This document shows, piece by piece, positions 27,801 through 42,290 of a stretch of DNA of 64,000 nt (its first letter is position 1; the number at the start of each line of letters is the position of its first letter). The DNA is from Daphnia carinata. Taxonomy: Eukaryota. The stretch covers positions 12,648,001 through 12,712,000 of the forward strand of contig NC_081333.1 in assembly GCF_022539665.2 (NCBI RefSeq), in the 5' to 3' direction. A program made the position numbers and the translations under genes. The notes under the pieces are model-generated. The model searched no databases and had not been told where the DNA came from. It saw nothing but the letters and a program-made list of their open reading frames with translations.

Positions 27801-30800
27801 TTCATCATCACTCGCGTCATCAAATCCCGAACAAGAAAAGCAAAAAAATAAATAAAAAAGAAGCAGAGAGGTGATGTTATATACGGCAATGGTGTCCTCA
27901 TTCCGCCGCATTTAGTGTGCGCCCTCGTTAACATTCCGCTTCGCTTAAGTCGTCGACAACTCCTCACTGGATATGGTAAGCAACAATAACAAAAGAAAAA
28001 AAAAAAAGTTGTAAAACGTCTTTTTCACATCATTGACTTTGGGTACGTGTAATCAGTCGCCTGTTAATCTAAACCAACAAGAAGAGCCATCGACTTTTTG
28101 GCCTGTTCGACTTCAATCCATTATTGCCAATTAATGGGGACATTGATGTCGCGATTCAAATACGAAATTTGGAGATAAATCGCATCACCGTCGATCTTTT
28201 GTTGGACATCGCCAAGGAAGACTCTTAATTTTATACAAAGAAGGAGCTTGATGAGATTGTCCGGCTGTCATAGAGCGCGGACGAGCGAACGGACAATTCT
28301 TGCGTGACGTCCGTATGATTGGCGTTTGACAATGTCGATGTTCACTCGTGCCCGGCGGATGGAACATGGCGTTTGGCTTCGTGTATTGGCTGGGTGGGTG
28401 GACGGATGAGTGACGGACGAGATTTATCAGAAAATTGGCGCCTCTCTTTTTGCTTTGCATTACATTTCCGGCTACCCAGCAAAACAGGCATTGATGCAAT
28501 TGTCGTTCGTGACATAAGTCGTCAATAACGTGCGGCACGTGGCGCGCAAAAGGCTCGTTGACTTCTGGCCGTAAAAAATCAAACTGGAAATGTTGTCAAA
28601 TGTACCTTACGTTTGGCACATTAAAAGACACATTCTCATTCAACTATTTTGTTATCTTTTTTATAAAAAAAAAAAAAACGACAAGTCAAGACGCGCGGGA
28701 TCGTTCCTCGTTTGCGGATGAGATCAAAGATTGACCTATACCCTTTGTGGCATACCATTTCCAACAGCTAAATGGTGCCTGTAGTATCGATGAATGGGCT
28801 GCTACAGCATGCACGAAAAGCTATACAAGACACACGTGCCCGGAAATGTAATGCGGGCTGAGCGCGCGAGTTTCAAAAAAGGAAAAAGAAGAAATCCAGC
28901 CGCAGCCTGGAAATGAGTTGATGCCGTTCTTTTGTTGTAATGCGGTGCCTCACACTTTATGATTAGATTTCTCGTGTGCGCACAAACCCGCCGTATATTG
29001 GTTTATGTGTGCATACGTGTGTGTAAGTGCCACGTGACCATCTTTCTCACCCCTTATTCAATAATAGGACGTTGTAGGGTAGGGAGGGGGAAAACGATGG
29101 CAAAATATCAACAGTTTACCCATTGCCCTCGTCTGCCTCAACGCAAACTCTCACACATAGAAGAAAAGGGATCGACCTCCTTTTATTATAAACGTGTGTG
29201 TGTGTGTGCCTCCTAAATATATTATTATTACAATAAACGGATGTGTGGGCTGGTTGACGCTGCCAGAGGATTTACGAACGCACGCCCGTCTCCTTTTAAA
29301 CGTATTTTCCTTATCTCATCATTTGAGAGGGGGAGGGAGGGATTGCTGCTGGATCACATGCATATATAGCAGATTATTTCTGTTATACCAATCCCTTTCC
29401 TGCCTTGAGTCATGGAAAGGTTCATTCAAAAGCGCCGCAGTCAATTTCCTTTTCGAACGGCAATGTCTTTCTTGCCCCGTTGTATGTAACAAAGTCAACA
29501 AGCTATAAAAACACGTTGAAGTAAAAAAAAAATGGATAAAGGCAGCATTTAATTCAAAATGGCCGTTCAAATCTATCAGACATTTGCGTGTAAGTGTCAG
29601 CGGGGCGTTGGAAATGATTGCAGCCAGTTTTGTAGAAATGAAAAGGGACAGCCTGATCGATAGCCATTCTCCGTGATGTTGAACGTAGATATAGAGACTC
29701 GAATGGCGATACGAACTTGTCGTCGGAACGAATCGAGATGATGATGGAAGATGATTTTACTCGTCAGCTAATGTCACGTAACCCAAAACTCTTGTCATCG
29801 ACTTTCTACATGTCGTGACACAGCAGGTGCACGGACAGGTTAAAACAAAAAAAAATGTAATGAAAGAAAACAAAACAATACAATCACCGCTCTTCTTTTT
29901 GTTGTTGTTGTTGTTGTTGTTGTTGAAGACGTTCATGTTTGCGTTCCAGCACCAATAATGGGACATAGGGAAATATCACAAGACAAAACTTTGCCGTCAC
30001 AAAGTTTTGTCGTGATGGTTGACTTTCATCTGTTGCAACCATCGAAGAAAATGGGCGACGATAGATCGACGATGGATGTGCAGCCAAACATGCGCACATA
30101 CATCCAGCACCAGAAATACCTATACGTTAAACTCCGGTTCAGGAAGAGGAGGACAGCAAAAAAAAAAAAAAAAATAGTCGACATTCCGTTGATGCAAACT
30201 CTTAAAGAATGTTTTCCTTTTTTTTTTTTCTATTTTACTTTGCCAGGTCGGGACGTTTAACTACAACGGCCAACACAAACATTCGGGGCTTTAGTCAGAT
30301 GGGAGGGATAGAAGGAAAGAAGGAACGTTAGTCCCTCCTCCTTTTCCTGCTTTCGCCCATTTTGATTTCCAGAGTCTCTCTCTGTGTTTTCTTTTCGTGT
30401 GTGTGTGTCAAATACCTAAAAATTGTTGTGTGTATACAAGAGAGCGCCCCATCAACGAAAGTCTCTGTCGATGTTGTCAACATATCGTCCGTCTTTTTCT
30501 TATAGTCTACTCGAGTAACACATACTCGACACGCCCACACTACCTTCTTCTTCCTCCCCTTCTCTTTGACATATTTTTCTCCCTTTTTTTTTGTTTGTTA
30601 TCTCTATTTGTTTCTATGCAGCGAACAGAGGAATGACAACAGACATCCAGATTAAATCCACCGATTGTTATTAGCTTGTATTTATTCTATATTTGATAGA
30701 TATAGAATTTCAACAGTAGGGACAGTCTTGTGTCCAGGACGCATAGATACAGTACAACCAAACAAGAAAGTAATCAATATGATGGGGCGTGGGACCATGT

Positions 30801-33800
30801 CTGACGTCATTTCGTTTTTAATTCAATGTGTTTTTATTTCTAAAAAAAAAGAAAATACGTTTCGAATTTTTTAGAGGAAGATTTTACAATTGTGACGATC
30901 TCGTTTCTTTTGAATTTTTTTTTTTTTTTAAATGTCAGATAAAACTGCAGGATGGGGAAACTGAATCCAGCATTCCCACAGTGTGTGATTCAACGTAATT
31001 GATAGGCTCGATCGATCTCCTGCGACCGTCTTCAATAGAAAAAAAGAAGTTGACGTCATGGCGACACGAGCGAGCGCATCAAATGATTTCAATGGCGACA
31101 TTTCCTTTTTTTTTTTTTTTTTTACAAGTCGTGCAGTGCATTTATAATAAACATGAGCAAGTGGAAGATGAATATCTCCATTTCTGAAAAGGAAAGAATC
31201 TTTTGATCGAAAGAAGAACTGGCCATTCTCAAGCTGAATTCCAACATTCCTCTACGTAGTAGTTATCTATTAAATACACTATATCTATTACAGTGATATG
31301 ATATAACTTTGAATGGGGCTGTTTGACCTGTGGGATCTCTTACGTCATGACGCATTAGAACAGGCCAAACGATGATTGTACATTTGTATACAGATCACCA
31401 GTTCCCATTTTTTTTTTTTTTTTGCGATGCAGGTATTCGAAGAATGTCGCCCGTACTGATCAAAAGATGATGGAGGAAAACAATGAAGACGTTTGTTTGC
31501 ATATACTGTATATCTAAAAGGTACATCTTTTTTTCATCTTCTTCTGCCTGACGAAAAGGTATATAATAACATCATCTCTGGCGATATAGAAACCCTAGAC
31601 AGAAACACAACAAGATGCTTAATCAGACGCAGATCGAGGAAGGTTATACACCTCCCGTCGTGAAGCACAGACCTCACGCCGCACACGGACCGAAGACCCT
31701 CCATCTACCTGGTAAGCATAAGCGCGTGCGCATCCATATGCTGACCGAAGGAAAGATGAACCGATCTCTCTTTCGCTCGATGGCCAACAACAATCCATCA
31801 ACAGACTTAACATCTCTCTCTCTCTCTCTCTTTTTTTTTTTTTTTTTTTTTTTTCTATTTCGTGATGCTGGAACGTGTGCGGTCGTCTACGTGTAATAAC
31901 TCCATCTCTATAGATCGTCTTCACTTGCTGTGTCAACCTTTTCTTTACTTTACCTTGATTTCTTTCTTCTTATGGACCCTGTGTGGTAGGACACGATCAT
32001 AAGTCTGCGCTTTGTGTGTGCCACCATTCCCTTTCTTACGTGCAGCACGTAAAGCGGGATAACATCTCATCTTTCCATCTCTGTTGCGAACGTTACGGCC
32101 TTTTTGTTTTGAAAGGCTCTGCTGTTGTTTTAGCATCTCGTTGACTTCATTATGCTACGTGATGGATTGAAATGTTATGGGATAAGTGCTTTTCTATTGT
32201 TGTTGCATACGTCTTGCCCTTTTTTAGTTGTGCCTTATTACGACAAGACGCATAAGCGGACAATCCCTAATCGCAGAAGACTAGCCGTCGTTAAGATACA
32301 CATTTTGTAGCCTTATGCACACGTATAAGCCTTATGTTTTCATCTTGGAAGGAGCTTTTGTTTCAATTTATTTCGAGGCTACAGTTCATGCATAATATAC
32401 TTTGGTAATGATGGAACTGATGGATAGCCGGAGCGCGTGTCACGGCATCGCCAACTTTAAATTCAATCATTTCTTTTTGAATGTAATGAAAATTTTCAGT
32501 AACTTGTGATGAATGCATTCATAAAAGAACAAACTATTACCCCATTTAGCTCTTTTCTTACGTCGTTAAATGCACGTTATGAAAAAGGCGGGCGTGTCAC
32601 TTACAACAAAACCGATGTGCAAAAAGCAGCGTAAGGTGGTTAGTCTCGTAACACATCGTCCAATATCTCAGCCATCAGGTACGTGCGCAAGATTATAACT
32701 CCTCATTGGCTCGAATTCTTTTCTGCCGTCTAATGAAATCCCTTAACGGTACATGAGCAATGGCTCAATCAACTGGAACGCGGTTCAATAGAACTCTGAC
32801 TCTGCACGTCCCTCTCTCGTTTCACTTCAACACTCCATTCTCCTTTTCACCCTCTTTTGTGCCATATTCCATCTCCGTCTGTGCACCTTTTTCTCATTGG
32901 CACGTCGCCATAGAAAAATCGCCATCAGCAAAGTATATCAGCCATTATATGCGCCGCAGCAAAACAAGAGGTATACACACGTTAAGAGTTATGGTCGTAG
33001 ATATATTGGGGGAAAGGTCTCTATTATAAATCGAAAAGATTAGCCTACGTTTCCATGACGACCTTTCTTTCCTTATACGCTGCATATCATGCCCGTTTGT
33101 TCTTATCACCACATCAGACGCGCTCATGCCTCAATTGTATAGCGGAGAATTGCACGGGCTCTGAAAAGGCCTTCGTGTATCGAAAACGAATGAAGATGAT
33201 CACGCCGAAATCCTATACTTATTTGTCGTGAAGAGGAGCGCGTGAGTCACCTGGCAATCAAACGCCAAAAAATACGAAAGGGCAAAAGAGAAAGACGTAT
33301 AATAAGCGCGTATGGTAACTAGATCCACGTCAATAGAAGACATTGTGTCTACACATATTGTTTACCGTCTCTCATAATCACGTTGAAGAAAAGAACTCAA
33401 TATCGTGTGCATATGTATACGCACCGTGCAATATTACCGGCTCGACTGCCATCGTCTACATTTTCTCCTTTTTTATTTGAAAAGGGAAAGAAAAAAGGAA
33501 AGAAGAACCAAAAAATTTGAAATTGACTATAGCGCCGGTATGCGGGTCTCCTTTATTATACACTTAAACCAATGTATATCATAAAAAGAAACGCTGTCGA
33601 CTCCTCCCCATTTGTCTATGGGCCGACCTCCACCTTCCATCGCATGTTTTCCAACAGGCCGAGTGCGGATGAGTTTAGCCGTAGCGTCTCTATTATCGTT
33701 ATTCTGCTGGCGATGAAGAGATTTAGAAGAGCTCAATATGCGCACTAGACGACCCTTCTCCTGTTTTTCCCAACTCTCCCTTTTGCTTATCTTTCGTTCG

Positions 33801-33832
33801 AAAGTGCTGAATTAATTAATTGATTTACGATC

Positions 33833-33837
<5 letters not shown>

Positions 33838-33870
<33 letters not shown>
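33838..33870. repeat. poly(T) tract, ~33 nt
   Basis: Read directly; the longest homopolymer run I noticed. Confidence 0.9.
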
Positions 33871-33873
<3 letters not shown>

Positions 33874-36800
33874 ATTGAAAAAAGGATGTTGTAGTTGTTG
33901 GTTTTTAACGACAAAAAGGGGCGCCGCTCGTGCCGACCGTCCAACGCTAGTGGACGAAAATGCATGTATACATATACTTAGTGTGTATAATCGTTAACAT
34001 TCCGCAAGCATCTAGAATTTCCCTTCTCTTCTTTCCATTCAATAAAGTCATCATCATCTTCTTTCTTTTGCCTACGTTCCTTCCCCCTCCTGTTCTCCTC
34101 GGTCCTTTTTGACAGCTGAGTCAGCGGCTGGGGGTCTGTTTCGTAGATAGGCGGGCATAAAAACCACTAAACTTGTGTGGCGGGTAAGGTATAGAGAGAG
34201 AGAGACACACGGAGAAAAGAGAGTCATCAGCTGTTGATGGCCTCTCAGCCAAACAGCGTACATTATCAAGATGGATGATTAGTTTTTTTTTCTTTTTCTT
34301 TTTCTTTTCTACCATGTCCGCATAAATCACATAGATATATATTTCCAGCAGAAGAGAAGAAGATGATAGATTCGTGTTTGCGGCCATTGGCAAACTATGC
34401 GCTGGCCGTGGTCGATCCATTTTGGCCAATCAAGAACTTGTTGTCGATTAGCTGTGAGGTCCCTGCATTTTCCGAGCCATAATAGACCATTTAAGGATAG
34501 CTCGAAGACGACAAACAACATTCCCGAATCAATTGAAATCACATCCATCTTTTTTATACTTGTATTCCATGATCGTTTTTGCTCCTTTTCCTTTTTTTTT
34601 TTTTTCCAGCGTTCCAAAACGTGTAGCTAGGCTATAAAAAAAAAAGGAAAGGAAAGGACGGATAGAGAGGACCGCTTGCAGCGCACCCCTGTCCGTTCCG
34701 CTCGTCCGTCGATGATGATTATAATGAGCCACATTGGCTTGGTATTTATACGGCTTATGTTCCCGTCTTGTGTGTGTGTGTGTGTGTGTGTGTGTACATC
34801 TACCGCCAGCGCACCTTTTTTTTTTCTTGTAATTATTTGAAAAAAAGGTAGACCTATATGGCTGGATGGATATATACACACACTACGATGGGATCATATA
34901 GAGCTTCGTTAAGACGTCTATTGTGTACATCGGTGCTGGCTTGTGTTGGACACATTACGAGAAGCCAACAAATGACGAAATAGCAAAACTTTGCGGCTGT
35001 CAAAAGATTTGCTTTCTCTCTCTTTTTTCTTTTCTTAATGTGTGTTTTTTTTTTTTTTTTTTTCAACAGTTCTTCATCATCATCATCGTCTTCCTGTTTG
35101 ACTATGCGGCGGTTTCCTTAAAAAAAAAAAAAAAGAATTACGCCGCTACCCTTGGCAACAGTTCCCCCCATGTTTCGCCCAGCAGCTATAGATCATAAAA
35201 TGTTTTTTTTTTTTTTTTCTTTTATTTATTAAATACACAGTAGAGGACATGCGTTGCGTGGTATAAATGACGTCATACACGGCATGCCGTTTGAAAGAAA
35301 AAAGATAATAAAAGAAACGAAAAAAAAAATTACCTGTTTCTCTAATTCTTTTTGCGCGTCTGGAAAATTGAAAGCTAATGGCACATTATAGGCTATTACC
35401 ATATAAACATTTCAACTCGTATTCTGTTTTTGAGTAGTCGTCGGATAGCCTAATTTTGTGTGTCTTTTTTACGACTGGCTGGCAAGTTTGGTTAAAAGGT
35501 CATCAACGATTTCTCCTTTGCCTTTGATGGCCGTCCGAACAAGCGGAACGGACTATTTTAACATGGCCGTGCGATGATATTCGTATGTACAAGGCCGAAG
35601 TGCAACATTTCAAAAGGTGATGTGTAACTGCGTACATGTCGATAATGTACGTCTCCGTTTTTGAATAGCATTTTCTTCGTCGGTTTGTGTTGTTTGCGTG
35701 TTGGAACGCACTCGACGAGCTCCCTTTTACCGCCCCATCCATCATCGTATCGTAAGCAACAACAAGCGAAAATAAAAGGGGCCAGACAGTGAGGCACACT
35801 CTTCTTGCTTTGCCCATTTAGGCAATACAGACTTTAATAATGCCGAAAACAATTAAATATAGGGACCGCAAGGTACACAGGTCGTTATGGGCCAACTCGC
35901 AGCTCATGGAGCTCTCATGCCACATTCGTCGTAACGATGATGATGGCCTTTTTGGGAGGGGGTGGATAGGAATAAAAACAAAATAGGAGGGCAAGTGAGG
36001 GATACCACGTCGTCCGTGCATGTGCCAGTTGAAAACTATTATGCAAACTTCATTCGTCTGGTTAACTTTCTAAAGACGCTGTTTTCAGCACAGCTATACC
36101 TGGCCAATTTCGATAAGAATTCATACCTTCTCGCAAGAACGATCCAAACCTGCAGGCTGAAATTCTCCACGACGAACAAGAGAGCTGGAAACAGCACATC
36201 TTTTTTTTTTTTTTTTTTCTTATTTATTTAAATAGCTGCGCATGAACGGATGTGCGCGTATAGGCAATTCGTTCGCGTGTCATTAAAGGTCCCGTACGAG
36301 TTTTTGCCCTGTAATCTGTGCAGCAAGATTCGGGGTGGAGTCGTGGGCTAATCTCGTGATAGAGACCCCGCCATTGTCGTGCCTCATCATCATTACGAGC
36401 GAGCACCAGTTATAGCCATCGAGTTTGTTTTCTCAAGCTCTTCGAAATTGCTTTTTTTCTTGTGATGCACGTGATTATTATCAATCTTCTTAATTCCGCG
36501 TGTCCCTTTTCGTGCATACCCGTCTTAAATGTATAACGTTGTAACTCGATATCTATACACTATGCACGTCGTTCTTATATGTACACATACTTTTATTTTC
36601 GTATGGAGGGTACGACGTGTACATGCGCATTCTCTATATGCAAATATACCGGTATGCATAATAACAATAATCATCATTGAACGACACGACCGTTCTCATA
36701 TGTAGTCCCATAAAAGCTTGATTAGCGGGCAATTACGTCTCGACAATCAGCATTCGACGGCTGTTTTTTTTGTTTGTTTTTTTTTGGGGGGGGGGGGGGT

Positions 36801-39506
36801 ATAGGACACAAACTTTGCGTGTCGTTTCAGTCCGGTTTCTTTTTTTCTAAAAAGCATTTGAAAAGGACTGCGTCTCACTAATCTACAGTCCCCCCTCCTT
36901 TTTTTCCTTTTTATAATTGAGTTTCTCATTCGAAGACAACAAAGCGAATGATGTGATTTGATAAACAAGAATCCAAACGAAAGTCTGTTGTCATTAGCCT
37001 TCAATAAAACTTTCGCCTCGCCTCTTGATTGATACGAAATGTCCTCCTTCCATCATCACATTTGCATAGGATACACAAAATATCGAGTGCACTTCCAATG
37101 CGCGATTTGGATTTTTTCTTTTTGGGGGTTTTAGATCAATTGGAAAGACACTATCGAGATACGTAACAAAAAAAAAAAATGAAAATGATCGCAATTTAAA
37201 CTCTTTCTTTGGCGTTTTAACTTTCGATTTGCAAATGTCGTGATACGAATGGACAGGTATGTAGTGTGCGTTATACATACACGGCGAACGACTAATAACT
37301 CTCACGAAAAAAAAAAAAAAAACAAAGAAATAAATCCTGTTTGCAGCTGATGAGGTAAAAGAAAAAAAAAAAGATCGACTTTATTATCGCCATTGTCAAA
37401 TAAATTGAAGGTTAATTCCGACCTGTTATTTTTGTTCGATGTTTTTTGTTTGTTGTTTTTTTGGGCAGGATAGGGAAGCAAAATGTCGGACAAAAAGCTC
37501 TGATTAAATCCCATGCCAGCTGCAATGGCTTCTTGAATCCGAAAACTGGTTTTTGCCTCTCTCCAATTCCATCATGTTTTCGTTGTTTCTGTTCTCCACT
37601 TTGTTTGTTATTCTAATCATTCTCTCTATATTCATCTATCGTTTTCCGGTGGTCCCCCATTTCTTGTTTGTTTTCTTTCTCTTCACGACCACGGAAACTC
37701 AGTGCGTCTTTCCATTTTGCTGGACGGTTCTATAACGAAACTAATTAAACACACGGTCTCCGACTCTTTTTTTTTTTTTTTTTTTTTTTTTCTTCTCTCC
37801 TTCTATTTCTCAATCGACGTTCGATAATAAATCGCTTCCCATTTTTGGGTGTGCTCACGATATGCTAATTGCGGCTGAAACTCTTCGTATGTATATACGT
37901 ACTGTGGTTATATACCTCCAATGTATATATATATATATAGAGTAAAAAAAAAATATATCTAAATGAAGGCATACGATGGCTGGACGCCTCCTGGACAGTT
38001 CGATTTTGTTTTTTATCCATAATAACCTGATTTTTCTTTTTTTTTTTTTTCTAGTTACGTGCTGTTCCAGCGTGATGCGGCTGCTCTTCCCACGGTCTGA
38101 TGACATCATCTTGCGCACTGGCCTGCACTATGAGGTCCCTTTTTGTGTGTGTGTGTGTGTTTCCTATTATCGCTCTACTATATCTCGTATCATATATTAT
38201 AGAGATGTTCCATGTGCTGTGTGTATAATGTGATAATGGGAACTGCCAATTAGCCATAGGATGATGGAGAGTTAACTGGATTGTTATCCACCGGTACTTA
38301 ACCTTCCTCTCTCTTCCTCTCTACTGTTAATACATTGAAAATCACATGGAAAGGGAGCGCTGCTTTGAACTCAAGGACCTTTTTTTTTTGTCTTTCTTTC
38401 TTTAATGTTTTTTTTTTTTTTCTTTTAACGACAGGTAAGAAAAACTTATCTCGGAGACGATGCATGTCGCCAACGGAAGCGCCGCGTTGTGTCATCTTTC
38501 ATTTGGGAAAAGGTTAGGCGACTAATTTTGGGAGGCAAAAAAAAAAAAAAGGAAACAAAGCTAGCTTTTTTTTTTTTTTTAAGCTTTTGCGGCGAGCTCA
38601 AATGAAACTGAGGAAGAGAAAGAAAACAGATGGGGGGGGGGGGAAAGAAAAGAAAAGAAATTTCCATAAAAATCGTCTACGCTTTGGATGTGCAGACGGA
38701 TGTCGATTGTTATCGCCGATTATTTGTTTCGCTCTGCCCTCGTTTCTCTTTTCTTCCCTTTCTGATGTGCCCAAATAAAAATATAATGATCAGCCATCCC
38801 TCTGTGTCTATCTGTCTATGAATATTCAAATTTCTACACGTCGGTCGAGTTGGACATGTCAATTCATTTTCTTATAAAAAAAAACAAAAAAAAAATTCGT
38901 TTTTCTTTTATAAGATGCTATCCTTTTTCGTGATGTGAAAGAGCCGGAAAATGTTTGAACAATTTTCAAAAAAATTAAAAAGATTGAAAGACAAATATTG
39001 AAGCCATCAGATCAAGCGATGACCCAATGTAATAACGAAAACGGTGCTCAGAAAAGGTTGCACTGTCGAAATGAATGGAGGGGGGGGATGTTTGTTATCC
39101 CCCACCTGCATTCGTCTGGTCCTCCTTCTTCAAACCTCCTCCTCAAACTGATGGATTGGAATTTCGAATTTGTTACGACCAATTAGCTAGTAGATTAATG
39201 GCTCTCCGAGTTCCTTTGCTTAGAGCTGCTTCTGGCTGTTGTTTGCTTTGCGTTCGAATCAATCGTGACGTGACCCTCCTTCAGGGCCTTGGAAAAAAAA
39301 AAAAGGAAAGGATGCCTTTTTATTATATACATACGTATATGTATTTTTTACTCTTTAATTTCAAACGAGAAACCAGAGTGAAGATGGGGGATATAAATAT
39401 TCCCCCCACACACACAACAAAAACTTGGACATCAAGAAAAAATACAAATAAAATGAAATGTCGGACTCATTTGTTAAAGGTAGCTCCACACAAAACGTTC
39501 CTACTG

Positions 39507-39508
<2 letters not shown>

Positions 39509-39548
<40 letters not shown>
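39509..39548. repeat. (GT)20 microsatellite
   Basis: Read directly from the sequence. Confidence 0.9.
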
Positions 39549-39551
<3 letters not shown>

Positions 39552-40204
39552 GGTGAAGAGACGTGCACAGCTATAGGCGATGAACAGTCAACTGAATCAA
39601 ACTGGTATAGGCCAGAGGACTATCGAATGCAACAGCAAGAAGCCACGACACGAAACATCGAGCAACAGGGCAAGTGGTAACAACACCACCAGTATATTAT
39701 AACAAATACCGGTCAAACTGGTTCTGGCTTTTCTTCGATTTAATTAAATTTTAAAAAACACGACAGTCTTTTTCTTTTCCTCTGGTATTTTCGTTGGAAA
39801 CAAATTTTCCCATTTTCTTTTATTATTTATTTATTCCCCCACCTCCCTCCCTACCTGAACCCACCTGCCTTTTGGTTCAATTAACGAGCTAAAGAATGTT
39901 GTTTTCTCTTGGAAGTTTAAAACAAAAAAAAAAAACAAAAAAAAAAATTGGGAGTGATTTTCATTTTGTCCGTTTTTCTTTAATAAATTGTCCAGTCGCC
40001 AAGAGCGTGGCCCTTTTTATTTTTCTTCTTTCGATTGGAACTCGCTGCTGCTGGGCTCTGTACTTCTCTCTCCCCCTCTCTTTCTATCTGTCTATAAATA
40101 TGCATATACGCACGGCGTGTAATAATAATAATAGTAAGTGATGCGCTTGGCTTGTTATAGAGCTCATAATCCTTTTGCTGGACTTCCATATATACACACA
40201 CAGC

Positions 40205-40236
40205 AGAGAGCGAGAGAGAGAGAGAGAGAGAGAGAG
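40205..40236. repeat. (GA)n microsatellite, one interruption
   Basis: Read directly from the sequence. Confidence 0.85.
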
Positions 40237-41924
40237 GCGAGCCAAACATATAACTGCAATTTATGATAATTCATTAACAACTGTCACCGAGTTCTAACGA
40301 TCCTATTGTCAACCAATTAGGGCTCCGTGATGAACAGCGCACACGCAGACACATAAGGTAATAAAAAGAAGAAGGGGGGGGGGGACCAGCTAACCTTTTA
40401 TGGATTGGAACTTTTTTTTTATTTTTTACGAGATGGGAGAGGTTGAATTTAAAAAAAAAAAAAAAGAAATCCCTTATTTAAACCACCCGCTGGCACAGCT
40501 GGTAACTCCGTCCTCCTACTTTTCGCTTGGAACATGTCCGTGTGTCCTACGTTATTTTTTTTTTTTTTCTCTCCCCCCCTTTTTTTTTTCAATTCGGGTT
40601 TCCGATTAGTTTACGCTAGAAATAAAAAAAAAGAAGGAAATTGTGTTTATTTTTTATAATTTTTTCGTGATTTTTATTTCTTTTGGATTCTCGTTTTTAA
40701 GGATACATCAGCTGGGTTATTACACTCCCTATACGCCACCGCCTAACGACCACCTCATCAATGAAAGATAAACTTGAAACATCCGAAAATTCTTTCTTTT
40801 TCTTCATCCTTTTTTTTTTTTTATTATTTGTTATTTGATACGCAGCATCTCTTGGCTGTATTAAAAAAAAAACAAAAAAAAAAAACGTGGCCGCTGGGGC
40901 TATTGTTGCCGTAATAGGATCATTATTATAGACACGAAATGTTGAGCCAATAAAACATTTCTCGGCCGCAATTGGCCGGCCTCTTCTTTATTTCTTTTTT
41001 TTTCCCTCTCTATCGATACAATTAAGAACTCGTAAAAAGAAATTAAGAATAAAAAAAAAAAAAATGAATAAATTTCTATTTTGTCTTTTTTCCTTGAAAA
41101 AAAATCTATAAATGACAAGGAAATAAAAAAAAAAATGAAAAAAAAAAAAAAAAAAACATTTAGAAAAATGGCCAAATAAAAAGAAATTCAACTGGGCGAT
41201 TGAAAAAAAGCAGCAGCCAAAAAAAAAAAAAAAAAAAAAAGAAAAAGGCAGGGTGGTCCATGCCGTGCCGATTGGCGGTGTACAAACTCACCTACCTGAT
41301 GCCTCCTACGGAGCACCTGTCACTATTCAGAAATGACGACAAAGTTTATACTATGAAGAGGAACATAAAGAAACAGATTTTATTTCCTCTCTCCTCCTCC
41401 TCTTTTTTTATGAAAAAAAAAATTCAACACACACACACAACAAATTTTCTTTCAATTCAAAATGTCGAGGATTTCAATTCCATTCAATTCCCTAATTTCA
41501 ATGGCAAGGAACTCTTTAAAAAAAGGAAAAAAAAAAAAATAAAAATTAGCCGGGATTGAATAAATGAACGAACAACCACAGGCGATCGTCAGTCGCTTGA
41601 AGCACTTCTTTCTTATTCTTTTTTTAAATGCAAACATTCCAAAATGGCCGTGTATAATCAGCTATTTGGAACAGCTGACACCCAATTTATGCCCGTAGTG
41701 GTGTGCTATTACACAGTCCCATTATGACTATAAATAATAAATTAAACATGTACCGCTGCTGGTCAGTTTATGTGTGTACGTCGGCGGCGCGATGAAATCT
41801 GGAACAATGGTGGACGTGATTCCGTTTTTATTTCGAAAAAATGTTTGACTAGCCAAGAAACTAATATTTGATTGGAAATCAGCGTTTATTTTTGGTAATG
41901 GCGGATTAAATTTAATTGAATTTC

Positions 41925-42290
41925 TAAGTCCGACCCTTTTGCACACAAAGTCGGGCTTAAATTTCGGTAAGTTCTGTTTTTTAATAAAATCCAAATATAG
42001 CAAACTATGCATCATTTCGATTCAAAATTAAACAAGGATCACGAAAATCGAGTTTGTTTTTGCGCGAGAATCGTATTTTTTTTTTAGTTATTCGAATTCA
42101 AAGTGGTTGCGCTTCGATCGGTCTTGAAAATAAGCCCCGACTTTTCCTATTAATTATTTCATTTTCAAATATTCACATAGAGGTACAAATATACATGGCT
42201 AAAATAGGAACTTAAACGATTACCACGAAAATGAACTTCGTTTTTACCTGAGATTTACAGTTTTTGGTTATTTGAATTCAAAGTGGTTGC
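41925..42290. repeat. Structured repeat relic: ~70-bp imperfect direct repeat pair plus inverted motifs; possible degraded non-autonomous transposon
   Basis: The 24-mer GTTATT(C/T)GAATTCAAAGTGGTTGC occurs at 42087-42110 and 42267-42290, inside longer similar blocks 42040-42110 and 42224-42290. A TAAGYCC(C)GAC motif occurs at 41925 (+), ~41950-41959 (-) and 42131 (+). Confidence 0.55.

Noticed and set aside
39075..39680. 201-aa ORF, the longest in the desert
   Set aside because: It runs through poly-A and (GT)20 repeats (KKKK, CVCVCV), with no family motif or coding-like composition.
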